Source: an uncultured bacterium
GTDB taxonomy: Bacteria; Verrucomicrobiota; Verrucomicrobiia; Limisphaerales; UBA8199
Reading direction: 5' to 3'
Length of the DNA stretch: 64,000 nucleotides
Assembly (NCBI GenBank): GCA_963749495.1
Contig: CAVVMW010000022.1
Span: 522,628-586,627, forward strand
Under the pieces are notes generated by a model. That model was not told the DNA's origin. It was given only the letters and a program-made list of their open reading frames with translations, and searched no databases. Position numbers and translations under genes: made by a program. This document shows positions 32,410-42,167 of the stretch, piece after piece. Position 1 is the first letter of the stretch, and each line of letters starts with the position of its first letter.

Positions 32410-34095
32410 TCAGCCCGCGCCCCGAGGCCCTTTACGCTCCGACGCTCCGCGCTGGCCACGCCCCGCCGGCGGCGGGCTCATCACCGGGATGAGCGTCATG
32501 CCGCACAGGGGGCATTTGCCCGGCTTGTCGGAGCGCACGTCGCTGTGTTCGGGCATCGGGCAAGTGTAATAGAGCAGCTTGCCCCCAGGCTGGAGCTGGC
32601 GCAGGGCAGAAGGGGACACCGGCACCAGGGTCATCCCGCAAATCGGGCATTTGCCGGGGTGGTTGTATTCGATCGAGATGTGCTCCGGCATCGGGCAGAT
32701 GTACTTCAACTCGGCCGGCTCCTGAGGCTCGGCGGGGTGCGCCGCCTCCTGGCCCGTGGGGCGGGCGGAGGCAGCGGCGGCGCCGCCCGCTTCCGCGGCG
32801 GCGGTCTGGGGCGCGCCGGCCTCATTGGGCTTGGCCATTTTCTGGATGGCCTCGCGGAGCTGGCTCTCCGAATCGAGCATGAACTGGCCCGAGGTGACGA
32901 TTCGCTCGCCTTCTTCCAAGCCGCTGAGCACTTGGCACATGTCGTTGTCGGCCTGCGGGCCGAGGGTGACGGCGCGTGCCTCGAAGCGGCCGCCCTCCAG
33001 CGCCACAAAAACCGTGTTTCTTTCGCCGCTGCGCAAAATGGCCATGCCCGGCACGAGCAAGGCCGAGGGCTGGAGCTCCGCGGCGACGCGGACGGTGGCG
33101 AACATGCCCGGCTTGAGAAAGAAGCCCGGGTTGTGGAACTCCATCCGCACGGTGGCGGTGCGGGTCTTCTCGTCCACGTTGGGATAGATGTAGGTCACCC
33201 GCCCTCGAAATTCGCGGTCGGGGAGGTAGGCGAGCGTGACAACGGCCTCCTGGCCCAGCCGGATGTAGGCCAGGTCCTGCTCGTAGATCTGGGCCTGCAC
33301 CCACACCAACCCCAGGTCCGCCAGCCGGTAGAGCCTCATGCCCGGCTCGACCATCTGGCCCTGGACCACCGGTTTCTCGGTCACGAAACCATCGATGGGG
33401 GCCTGGATGGGCAGGGTCTTGCGCGCCTGCCCCGTACGTTCCAACTCGGCGATCTGCTCGTCCGAAACGTCGTAGTATTTCAGCTTCGTGAGCGCGCTGA
33501 TCCTGAGCGCAGATCCGTCCGGCGCGTTGGTGCCCTGCTCGCGGGCCAACAGGTATTCCCGTTGCGCGCTGTAGAGCTCCGGGGCATAGATCTCGAAAAG
33601 CGGCTCGCCCCGGTGCACCCGCTGGCCGGTGGCATCCACGTAAAGCTTTTCGACCCACCCCTTGAACTTGGTGGTCACGTCCGCCAGCGCGGTCTCGTTG
33701 TATTCGATGGCGCCCACTGTGCGGATGCTCCGGCGCAAGGGTCCATTGGTCACGACGGCGGTGCGGATGCCCATAGTCTGGATGGTCACCGAATCCAGGG
33801 CGATGGCCTGGGCCTGGGCTGAGGCGGCGGCGGAGGCGGCGCTCGCGCCGGCCTGCTGATGAACGGGCGTGAGCTTCATGCCGCAAATCGGGCAGTTGCC
33901 CGGATGGTCCTGCACCACCTGGGGGTGCATCCCGCAGGTGTAGAGGGTCTTCTCCTTTGCCCCGCCGGCCGTGGGGGCCGCTGGGCTCCGGCCGCAACCG
34001 CTCAGCAAGAGACCCGCCCCGCCGCCCAGCACCAGGGCCGCCGCGAGCAGAAGGGGTCCCAACAGATGGGCCTTGTATCGTTTGCCCTTATGCAT
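32410..34095 (-). CDS. CusB-like RND periplasmic adaptor with three heavy-metal-binding domains
   Basis: YTCGMHP..CPICGM; MFP core (GWVEKL, LKPGMF, VTSGQFMLDSES); two C-terminal CPMPEH..CP.CGM domains. Confidence 0.9.
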   Translation of the reverse strand: MHKGKRYKAHLLGPLLLAAALVLGGGAGLLLSGCGRSPAAPTAGGAKEKTLYTCGMHPQVVQDHPGNCPICGMKLTPVHQQAGASAASAAASAQAQAIALDSVTIQTMGIRTAVVTNGPLRRSIRTVGAIEYNETALADVTTKFKGWVEKLYVDATGQRVHRGEPLFEIYAPELYSAQREYLLAREQGTNAPDGSALRISALTKLKYYDVSDEQIAELERTGQARKTLPIQAPIDGFVTEKPVVQGQMVEPGMRLYRLADLGLVWVQAQIYEQDLAYIRLGQEAVVTLAYLPDREFRGRVTYIYPNVDEKTRTATVRMEFHNPGFFLKPGMFATVRVAAELQPSALLVPGMAILRSGERNTVFVALEGGRFEARAVTLGPQADNDMCQVLSGLEEGERIVTSGQFMLDSESQLREAIQKMAKPNEAGAPQTAAAEAGGAAAASARPTGQEAAHPAEPQEPAELKYICPMPEHISIEYNHPGKCPICGMTLVPVSPSALRQLQPGGKLLYYTCPMPEHSDVRSDKPGKCPLCGMTLIPVMSPPPAGRGQRGASERKGPRGAG

Positions 34096-34220
34096 CGTGT
34101 GAGAGGTTATCGGCAACGCCCCGCCGTGCAAAGCTTTTCCCTGCCTGTTTCATCAGCACACCATTGCTACGCCGCGCAGCGGGGAATCCCTCGGGAGATC
34201 CGGAGCCAGAGCGCGGCGCC

Positions 34221-34439
34221 TGCGTCGCGGAGCGACGCAGTGAAGGTAGCCGTGGACCTCGGTCCACGGTTTAGGGCGTAGGAATGGTCGCGCGTCGCGT
34301 AGCAACGCCTGACGGCCTGGTCGTGGCGCGTCCCACATGCTGTTGTCAAGCGCCGCTACGCGACGCGGGGGAGCTCGGGCCCTGGGTCCGTGGACCCGAA
34401 GTCCACGGCTACCATCACGCACCGCTACGCGGTGATGGA
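34221..34439. repeat. ~219-bp REPIN-like element, left direct copy
   Basis: Near-identical to 34904-35122; internal palindromes ccgtggacctcggtccacgg and cgtcgcgtagc..gctacgcgacg. Confidence 0.9.
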
Positions 34440-34485
34440 ACCGTTCTTGGTTGCAGCCCCGGCGCGCCAAGAGTAGATATTGATT

Positions 34486-34833
34486 ATGCCACTGTTGAAG
34501 CTCGAAACCACAGTCGTTCTGCCCGAGGAAAGACGGAAGGCCCTGCTCGCCGCGCTCTCCAGGCTCGTCGCCGAGACCATCGGCAAACCCGAGCAGTACG
34601 TCATGGTCGCCGTCAGCCAGGCCGCCATCCAGATGTCCGGGAGCGCGGGCGAGGCCGCCTTCGTGGACGTCCGCAGCATCGGCGGCTTGGGCGGGGAGGT
34701 CAACCGGCGGCTCTCCCAAAAGGTCTGCAGCCTCTTGAACGAGTCCCTCGGCGTCCCGCCCAACCGCGTCTATTTGAATTTCACCGATGTGCCCGCGGCC
34801 GACTGGGGCTGGAAAGGGAACACCTTCGGATGA
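34486..34833 (+). CDS. MIF/phenylpyruvate tautomerase family protein
   Basis: N-terminal M-P (catalytic Pro1), GKPEQYVMV, VRSIGG, RVYLNF, WGWKGNTF. Confidence 0.9.
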   Translation: MPLLKLETTVVLPEERRKALLAALSRLVAETIGKPEQYVMVAVSQAAIQMSGSAGEAAFVDVRSIGGLGGEVNRRLSQKVCSLLNESLGVPPNRVYLNFTDVPAADWGWKGNTFG

Positions 34834-34903
34834 TGCAGGGAGGGCTCTTGGGCCTTTCGCAGGCCCATCCCCCGATCTGGCGAAGCCCCTGGAGTGCGGC
34901 ACG

Positions 34904-35122
34904 TGCGTCGCGGAGCAACGCAGTGAAGGTAGCCGTGGACCTCGGTCCACGGTTTGGGGCGCAGGAATGGTCGTGCGTCGCGTAGCGACGCCTGACGGCC
35001 AAGTCGTGGCGCGTCCCACATGCTGTTGTCAAGCGCCGCTACGCGACGCGGGGGAGCTTGGGCCCTGGGTCCGTGGACTCGAAGTCCACGGCTACCATCA
35101 AGCACCGCTACGCGGTGATGGA
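34904..35122. repeat. ~219-bp REPIN-like element, right direct copy
   Basis: Near-identical to 34221-34439. Confidence 0.9.
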
Positions 35123-35171
35123 CGAGTTGGATTTGCCAGGAGCGCGTGCGCGGGTAACCTTTGGCGCGGGC

Positions 35172-36614
35172 ATGAATCCCTCGATGACAGGCCAAGCCGC
35201 CGACGCGCGCGCCCTGGAGACCTCGCGTCTCCGGCTGCTTTTGGGCGATTTGAGAGATGCCCTCCGCGGCACCGGCATGGATTACACCCAGGGGAGCCTT
35301 GGCCGCGCCATCCTGCTCCTGTCGGTCCCGACAATGCTGGAGATGGCGATGGAATCGGCATTCGCCGTGGTCGATATTTACTTCGTCTCCTCGCTCGGCG
35401 CCTCCGCCATCGCCACGGTCGGCTTGACCGAATCGGTGTTGACCCTGGTCTATGCCGTGGCCGCCGGGTTCGCGATGGGGACAACCGCCCTGGTTGCCCG
35501 CCGCATCGGCGAGAAGAACCCGAAGGAGGCCGGCGACGCCGCGGTCCAGGGGATTATCGCGGCCCTGGCGGCATCGGTGCCGTTTTCGCTGGCCGGCGTG
35601 TTTTTTGCGAGGGACATCCTTGGCCTGATGGGCGCGGACGCCTGGAGCCTTGAGCACGGCTGGCGCTACACCGCGTGGATGCTGGGCGGCAACACCGTCA
35701 TCATGCTGATCTTCGTCATCAACGCCGCCTTCCGGGGTGCGGGCGACGCGGCCATGGCGATGCGTGTGCTCTGGCTGGCCAACGGCATCAACATCGTCCT
35801 GGACCCCGCGCTCATTTTCGGGTGGGGCCCCTTGCCGGCGCTCGGGGTCCAGGGCGCGGCGGTGGCCACGACCATCGGACGCGGCACGGGCGTCTTGGTC
35901 CAGCTCTGGGTGCTGTTTCGGGGGGCAAAGCACATCCGCGTCTTGCCCTCCCAGGTTCGCCTGCACGCCCAAGCGATGCGAGGGCTCGTGCGCACCTCGT
36001 TGGGCGGCATCGGGCAATTCATCATCGCCACTTCCTCCTGGATCGGCCTGGTGCGCATCATCTCGGTGTTTGGGAGCCAGGCCCTGGCCGGCTACACCAT
36101 CGCCGTGCGCATCGTTGTGTTCACGCTCATGCCGGCGTGGGGCTTTTGCAACGCCGCGGCGACCCTGGTGGGGCAGAACCTGGGCGCCCGGCAGCCTGAG
36201 CGCGCCGAGCGTTCGGTCTGGATGACCGGCCTGGTCAACATGGGGTTCCTCGCAGCGATCTCGCTGGTGTATATCTTTGGCAACGAGGTCCTGGTCCGCA
36301 TCTTCACTGCCGAACCGCGAGTCATAGCCGCCGGGGCGCAATGCCTGAGAATCGTGGCCTACGGGTATGTCTTCTATGCCTGGGGCATGGTGATGTCTTC
36401 AGCCTTCAACGGCGCGGGCGACACGTTCACGCCCATGAAGATCAACTTCTTCTGCTTTTGGCTGCTCGAGATCCCCCTGGCCTATTTGCTGGCGATCAAG
36501 CTGGGCGCCAACCAGAGCGGCGTGTACTGGTCGATTCTCCTTGCAGAATCCGCCGCCGGCCTGGCGGGCATCGCCTTGTTCCGCCGCGGCAGGTGGAAGG
36601 AAACGAAGATATGA
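35172..36614 (+). CDS. MATE family efflux transporter
   Basis: DYTQGSLGRAI..P..LEM, VDIYFV, FRGAGD, NIVLDP, GQNLGA, FNGAGDT. Confidence 0.93.
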   Translation: MNPSMTGQAADARALETSRLRLLLGDLRDALRGTGMDYTQGSLGRAILLLSVPTMLEMAMESAFAVVDIYFVSSLGASAIATVGLTESVLTLVYAVAAGFAMGTTALVARRIGEKNPKEAGDAAVQGIIAALAASVPFSLAGVFFARDILGLMGADAWSLEHGWRYTAWMLGGNTVIMLIFVINAAFRGAGDAAMAMRVLWLANGINIVLDPALIFGWGPLPALGVQGAAVATTIGRGTGVLVQLWVLFRGAKHIRVLPSQVRLHAQAMRGLVRTSLGGIGQFIIATSSWIGLVRIISVFGSQALAGYTIAVRIVVFTLMPAWGFCNAAATLVGQNLGARQPERAERSVWMTGLVNMGFLAAISLVYIFGNEVLVRIFTAEPRVIAAGAQCLRIVAYGYVFYAWGMVMSSAFNGAGDTFTPMKINFFCFWLLEIPLAYLLAIKLGANQSGVYWSILLAESAAGLAGIALFRRGRWKETKI

Positions 36615-36617
36615 CCC

Positions 36618-37055
36618 TCACGGAGCCACAACCCGCCCGCGCAAGGCGGCGTCAGCGAGAGCTTGAAAATGGCGAGCGTTGAGCGTGTAGATCCGTTCGG
36701 CGCCGCTCTTGGCTGCCGCTGCCAGGAGCAAGGCATCATAGGTCCTGCCCCCCTCCACCCCGTTAGCGGCCGCCTGCTCCAGTGTGTCGGCATACTCTTT
36801 TGGGGTGAGAGTCACGACCGTGAAGGCCTTTAAAACGTTGTCGGAAATCAATTGCCAGGCAATTGTGGGCGCCACCTGTTCGGACCCGGGAAGACGCGTT
36901 AGCACCGCATACGCCTCGGCGAGGCTGTGCGCCGCAGTGAACCCCTCGTCCTTGCCTGCCTTTACCCGCTCCAGCACCGGCCGGGCCGCGTTGTGTTGGG
37001 GATGGCTCTCGAGACACGCCGCCACCAGGACATTCGTGTCGCAAAACACCTTCAT
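36618..37055 (-). CDS. VapC-like PIN toxin
   Basis: VFCDTNVLVAA, LAEAYAVLT, YDALL, IYTLN..HF. Confidence 0.9.
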   Translation of the reverse strand: MKVFCDTNVLVAACLESHPQHNAARPVLERVKAGKDEGFTAAHSLAEAYAVLTRLPGSEQVAPTIAWQLISDNVLKAFTVVTLTPKEYADTLEQAAANGVEGGRTYDALLLAAAAKSGAERIYTLNARHFQALADAALRGRVVAP

Positions 37056-37330
37056 GTCCGGCCCCTCGCGCCTCGGGCAATCTCATCCATGCGTTCGTCC
37101 CGAGCTTCCGCGACGAAGTCTCGCCCCTCCGGCAACGGCGTTTCACTGGCAAGCACAAGGACCCTGTTGACACGTTTGAGCCGGACCCTCGATCTGGTGG
37201 GCCGCAGTTCGATGGCATCCCCCTTGACCTCAAGGGTCAGGCTGTCCCCGCCCTGAAGACGAAAACGCTCACGCAAGCGTTTGGGGAGAACCACCCGGCC
37301 AGCCCCATCCATTTGAACGGTCGCATTCAT
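37052..37330 (-). CDS. AbrB-family antitoxin
   Basis: VQMDGAGRVVLPKRLRERFRLQGGD; ATGA overlap with the PIN gene. Confidence 0.88.
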   Translation of the reverse strand: MNATVQMDGAGRVVLPKRLRERFRLQGGDSLTLEVKGDAIELRPTRSRVRLKRVNRVLVLASETPLPEGRDFVAEARDERMDEIARGARGRT

Positions 37331-37436
37331 GGCATCGAATCTACCATTATGGCATGCGAATTGGCAAGAAAAATGGTTCAGATCGCATCTGGATACATGA
37401 GTTGATTTGGCCGCCGTTTTCTGCCACTGTGGTGTG

Positions 37437-37829
37437 GTGAACGCTGCAGTACTTCCAACGGTTTCGGCTCCGGGCGCTCCCGTGGGCAGCCCGCGAAGCA
37501 TCGAGCGATTTCTGACGGGCTGGGTTGAAGCAGTCAACGATTACCTCCAGCGCCAATACCGGGAACTCATTCAGCAAGAGCCATCTCCGGACTCCCTTTC
37601 GCGTTTCAAGCTCGAGTGCAAGTGGCTGCTGCGCTCCGCCTTGGAGCTGGACGCCATGGTGAAGGACCCGGAGTCCCCTGCCCGGCATTTCGGCCCGGAG
37701 ATCGCGGGCAAGCTGCTCCAGCTTCGGGAATCCTGGGGATGCCTCAATAACCCCATGACCGATGCCGAGGCCGATGCAATTCTGAAGAAGGTCTTCCCCG
37801 ATGAACCGCGAACTGGAGGCCCTTCTTAA
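37437..37829 (+). CDS. Hypothetical protein
   Basis: ORF ending in an overlap with a short downstream ORF start (MNRELEALLKAWDEF, 37801) that degenerates at a REP. Confidence 0.5.
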   Translation: MNAAVLPTVSAPGAPVGSPRSIERFLTGWVEAVNDYLQRQYRELIQQEPSPDSLSRFKLECKWLLRSALELDAMVKDPESPARHFGPEIAGKLLQLRESWGCLNNPMTDAEADAILKKVFPDEPRTGGPS

Positions 37830-38093
37830 AGCCTGGGACGAGTTCGTCCAGACCCCCCAAGGACCCGAGGCGGACAGCCTTTTCCCTATGAACCGACCCC
37901 AAGCCCGAAGGTTTTGGACTGCGCCAGTCCTCAGGCGCTTTTGTGTCCCCAGGGTCTAAAAAGCGGCAGAGGACTGCCGCAGTCCAAAACGCGTGGCGTT
38001 GGGCGAGGCCCTTCCGGTTCCGCTCTCGGCCTTCATTGAGGCATTACCCGATGCCATTCGCGGGGCGAGGTCCAGAATTCTCCTGTCGATGCT

Positions 38094-40517
38094 CTAATCC
38101 GCGCCCGCCGGCCGTTCGACCCGCAGGCCCTGCACGGGCTTGCCGTCCGCGCCGACGATGCGGGCGGAGGCAGACCAGCCGCCGCCGCCCTGGCTGATCT
38201 TGAGCATTAGCTCATTGGCGCCTTTCTTGAGCTGGATCGGCGCCGCGTCCTGGTCCACCAACTCGCCGCGGTCCACGTTGTTGCTGTGGACCACTTTCCC
38301 GTTCAGCCAGGCCTTGATGCCGTCGTCGCTGCCCATCAAGAGCACGCCGCTGCAGTCTTGCGGCGCAATGATGCGCGTCCGCAGATAGGCCGCGCAGTTT
38401 TCCTCGCCGGGGAACAGTGCCGAAAGGGCCACGTGGTCTGCGGAGGGCGCTGCTTTCCATTGGACGTTTTGGCCGGGCTTCTCGGGGCCGAATGGGATCT
38501 CGAAAACTGCCACTGCCCCGACCACGCCGGCTTGGCGATAGGGTCCGCAAACCAGCCAGTCGCGAATGAAAGCCCCGCCCGCGCCGGGCTTGTGCCGCAA
38601 CGCCCAGGCCCGCCGGAACAGGTCGCCTTCGTGGACCAACTCGAGCACCTTGAGCGCGGCGTCATCGGCGAGCGCCGGATTGGAGGGCGCCAGTTTCTCC
38701 GAGATGATCACGGCGGCCAGGCTGGCCTCGGCGCTCAAGGCCGGGTCCTGGAGGTTCTTGAGCACCAGCGCCAGGGCCTCGGGCATCGGGACCTGGCCGA
38801 GCTGGCCAAGGGCCTGCTTCTTTTCCTCGGTCCGGCTGGCGGCCGAGAGGGCCTGTTCGAGGAGCGTCAGGCGTTTGGCGGCGTCCGGCTCCTGAGCGGC
38901 GCACGCGATCGCCCCGCGCAACGCCAGCGTCCGGAGCGTCGGTTCACCGCCGGCGCGGGCCAGCCCGAGCAGGTGGGGGGCCGGCGCGGCATTGGGCCAT
39001 TGCGCCAGCACGCGCACGGCCTCCTTGGCCAGTTCCGGGTCTGGGTCATTGCTTGCGGCCTGAGCGGCGGCCAGGGCGTCGGCCGTGCCCAACTCCGCCA
39101 GGAGCGGCAGCAATTGACGGCGCTCGGCCGCAGGGAACCGGCCCAGGGCCTGGAGGGTGCTGCGGGCGGCCTCCTCCTTGTTCGGACTGGCCTGGCAAAT
39201 CGCATAAAGCGCCTGGAGCGCCGGGTCACGCTGGTCGTCGGACTTCGACTTGGCCGCGATTTCGAGCAGCGGCGCCATGGCCTCGGGCGGGGCGAGTCTC
39301 CGCAAGGACTCCAGCGCCGCCAGGCGCACCGACGGGGCGTCCGAGGCGGCGTATTGCAGGAGAACGTTGGCCGCGGCGCGGTCATCGCGCTCCCCGAGGG
39401 CGCGGAGCAACTCGGCCTTCTCCGGAGCGGGCGCGGGCTCGATTTGGGCCAGCAGGGCCTCGCGAGCGCCGGTGCCGTGCAGGCGGGCCAGGCTCTCGCG
39501 AGCGGCCTCGCGCTCGGCGGGCTGTCCTTGAGCAGCGGCCTTGGCCAGCGCCGGAATGGAAGTCGTGTCGTTCAATTCGCCCAGCGCCTGCCATGCCGCC
39601 GCGCGCACGGCAACGTCCGGGCTTTGGCCGGCGGTTTGCACTGCCGGCAGCGCCTCCGCGCCGAGCTTCACCTCGGCATCGAGCACGGCCAACTGCGACT
39701 CCACCGGGAGCGACGCCCATTGGCCAACGCAGGCCAGGATAGCCTGCCGGTCCTTTAGCTCACGCACCACCTTGAGCGCGACGGCCTGGATCGGGCGATC
39801 CGTGCCAGCCAGCGCCTTGCCCATTAGCTCCGCCCGATGCTCCGAGTCCGCCAATACCAGGCCGCGCCACGCCGCCACGCGGACTTGCACCGGGTATTTC
39901 GGGTCGAACAAACCACGATAGATCGCTGCTGCGCCCGCATTATCGTCGCGCGCGGCCAGGCGCTCGGCGCATTTCAAGAGGCTCTCGTACACGGCCGATT
40001 GCACCGCCAGGGGCGCCGCGTCGCGCGCGGCCGTGAGGGCCTCGAGGGCATCTCGGCCGCCGATGCGGCCAAGCGCTGCTGCGGCCGCCGCGGCCACGGT
40101 CGTGTCGGAATCAGACACCAATGGAGCCAGCAGCGGGACCGAGGCCGGCTCGCCGCGCCAGCCGAGCGAGTCGGCGATGCCTGCCTTGAGCAGGCCGGAG
40201 GTCTGGCCGAGGGCTTGGCGGAGCGCCCCGCCCGCCTCGGGGCAGGGCAGCGCTTCCAAGGTATGGCGCGCGGCCTGGGACAGGCGCTGGTCCGTGAGCA
40301 AGGCAGCCAGGGCCGGCACGGCGTCGGCGGTCCCGATGAGCCTCAGCCTCTGGCAGGCAGCCCATTTCTGCGGTGCGCCCGCTGTGGATTGGAGTGTGGC
40401 AACCAGGTCCTGTTCCTCTGCGGCGCGGAGGCCGGGCACACTCGCGGCAACGGCAAGCAGCCAGGCAATCAGGAGTCGATTCGTGCGGCTGGTTTTCATG
40501 GTCATCGGATTCTTCAA
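38094..40517 (-). CDS. Secreted HEAT-repeat protein with C-terminal PA14-like domain
   Basis: Signal peptide; many AxxALGx HEAT repeats; GSDDGIKAWLNG..GANELMLKISQGGGGW. Confidence 0.85.
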   Translation of the reverse strand: MKNPMTMKTSRTNRLLIAWLLAVAASVPGLRAAEEQDLVATLQSTAGAPQKWAACQRLRLIGTADAVPALAALLTDQRLSQAARHTLEALPCPEAGGALRQALGQTSGLLKAGIADSLGWRGEPASVPLLAPLVSDSDTTVAAAAAAALGRIGGRDALEALTAARDAAPLAVQSAVYESLLKCAERLAARDDNAGAAAIYRGLFDPKYPVQVRVAAWRGLVLADSEHRAELMGKALAGTDRPIQAVALKVVRELKDRQAILACVGQWASLPVESQLAVLDAEVKLGAEALPAVQTAGQSPDVAVRAAAWQALGELNDTTSIPALAKAAAQGQPAEREAARESLARLHGTGAREALLAQIEPAPAPEKAELLRALGERDDRAAANVLLQYAASDAPSVRLAALESLRRLAPPEAMAPLLEIAAKSKSDDQRDPALQALYAICQASPNKEEAARSTLQALGRFPAAERRQLLPLLAELGTADALAAAQAASNDPDPELAKEAVRVLAQWPNAAPAPHLLGLARAGGEPTLRTLALRGAIACAAQEPDAAKRLTLLEQALSAASRTEEKKQALGQLGQVPMPEALALVLKNLQDPALSAEASLAAVIISEKLAPSNPALADDAALKVLELVHEGDLFRRAWALRHKPGAGGAFIRDWLVCGPYRQAGVVGAVAVFEIPFGPEKPGQNVQWKAAPSADHVALSALFPGEENCAAYLRTRIIAPQDCSGVLLMGSDDGIKAWLNGKVVHSNNVDRGELVDQDAAPIQLKKGANELMLKISQGGGGWSASARIVGADGKPVQGLRVERPAGAD

Positions 40518-40541
40518 GGAGTTGGGGAGATGGGTTTTTCG

Positions 40542-41882
40542 CTAGACTCGCCAGGGTGGCCGGGCGGCGTAGGAGAGGAGACGATTGGCCTCGTCGTCGC
40601 CGGGGAACTCGGCCTTGACCGGGTCCCACCTGACGGCGCGTTGGAGGGCCAGGGCGATGCCGCCCACCAGGATCGCATTCATGGTATAGACCGCCGTTTC
40701 GGGATGGCAGATGGTGAGCCGGCGCGTGCGGATGCACTCGAGGAAATTGCCCGAATGGCTGTTGGCGTGATAGACCCGGCTGTCCTCGGGCCGCAGGGGC
40801 TCTTTGAGGATGCGTTCCGGGTAGGAGACGATATTGGCCCGGTCCACGACAATGCGGCCTTCGGTGCCGACGAAACAGGCGCCGCCGTCGGGGCCCACGC
40901 GCTCGCCGGGGTAGTCCAGCGAGTGGACCACTACGCCATTGGCATAGCGATAATGGACCTGCCCGTTGTCATGGCGCGCTTCAATGGGGGCGGTGACATC
41001 CGGGTTGATGGTCCATTGAATGATGTCGTAGTGGTGCGGGGCCCAATTGACGTCCCCGACAAAGAGCCCGGTGAGGGTGTGGCCGGCCTCGCCGCCGTAG
41101 GGGCGCCAAGGCAACGGCCCCAGCCACATGTTCCAGTCGAATCCATCGGGCACCGGCACCGAGGTGTTGGAGGTCCAGGCGGAGGGGACGAGCGCCCCCG
41201 GCAGGCGATAGGCCCAGACTTCCTTGAGCTGGCCGATGCGCCCATTGCGGACCAACTCGCAGGCGAGGCGGAACCTGCCGCCGTATTCGGAGCGCTGCTG
41301 CATGCCGGCCTGGTAGATGCGGCCGAAGCGTTTGCTGGTCTCGATGACGCTGCGTCCTTCGCGAACGGTGATGGCAACGGGTTTCTCGCAGTAAACGTCC
41401 TTGCCCGCGCGCATGGCCATGATGGCCAAGGGGGCCGCCCAGTGATAGGGCACCGCGATCAGCACCGCATCAATGTCCGCCCGGGCCAGGACCTCGCGGA
41501 AATCATTGTAGGCCCGCACGCCGTCGTAGCCGGCCTGGCCGGTTTTCCGGGCGTACATCTGGTTGCAGCGCTGGCGCGCGCTCTCGCGGCGCTCCCGCCG
41601 CACGTCGCAGACCGCCAGCACCTGCACGTCGTCACGCGCAACGTAGCCCCCGGGCACATAAGTCCACGCGCCGCCCAGCAGGTGCCCGCTCCCCTGCCCG
41701 CCCAATCCGATGAAGCCCATGGCGATGCGTTCGCTGGGCGCGACCGGGCCGCCGCGGCCCAGGGCGGAAGCCGGGACCAGCATCGGCGCGGCCAGCGCCG
41801 CCGCAGCCGCGCCGGTCCGCTTGAGGAAGTCGCGTCGTGTCGTCTTGGGCTGTGCGTGGTCAGGGCTGGTTTTGGTTTTCAT
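40542..41882 (-). CDS. Tat-exported Gfo/Idh/MocA oxidoreductase
   Basis: TRRDFLK Tat motif, IGLGGQG, GKDVYCEKP, QAGMQQRS, WNMWLGP. Confidence 0.92.
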   Translation of the reverse strand: MKTKTSPDHAQPKTTRRDFLKRTGAAAAALAAPMLVPASALGRGGPVAPSERIAMGFIGLGGQGSGHLLGGAWTYVPGGYVARDDVQVLAVCDVRRERRESARQRCNQMYARKTGQAGYDGVRAYNDFREVLARADIDAVLIAVPYHWAAPLAIMAMRAGKDVYCEKPVAITVREGRSVIETSKRFGRIYQAGMQQRSEYGGRFRLACELVRNGRIGQLKEVWAYRLPGALVPSAWTSNTSVPVPDGFDWNMWLGPLPWRPYGGEAGHTLTGLFVGDVNWAPHHYDIIQWTINPDVTAPIEARHDNGQVHYRYANGVVVHSLDYPGERVGPDGGACFVGTEGRIVVDRANIVSYPERILKEPLRPEDSRVYHANSHSGNFLECIRTRRLTICHPETAVYTMNAILVGGIALALQRAVRWDPVKAEFPGDDEANRLLSYAARPPWRV

Positions 41883-42167
41883 GGCCGATCTTTCGTTCGA
41901 TTCTTGGTTGCGATGTTAAATGGACCGGGCGATTCTGGCGAGCGCGGATTTCCACGGGTGGCAAGCGGTCAGTGAAGGCGGCGACGGAGTCCCCGGCGGA
42001 CCCCTCACCCCAACCCTCTCCCCTTCCGAAGGGGAGAGGGAGAATTCTCGGCGGCGGCTTGAGGAAGCGGGGGCACCTGGAAGTTCGACAGACTGCCGAC
42101 GCCTCTCCCTCTCCCCTTCGGAAGGGGAGAGGGCCGGGGTGAGGGGTCTGCCCGCCGAAATCCGGAG

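Noticed and set aside
4247..41975. Long antisense or alternate-frame ORFs (e.g. 4247..6199-, 15380..17563+, 22881..24707-, 30614..32383-, 39837..41975+)
   Set aside because: These are shadow ORFs of well-supported genes, expected at high GC, with no recognisable motifs.
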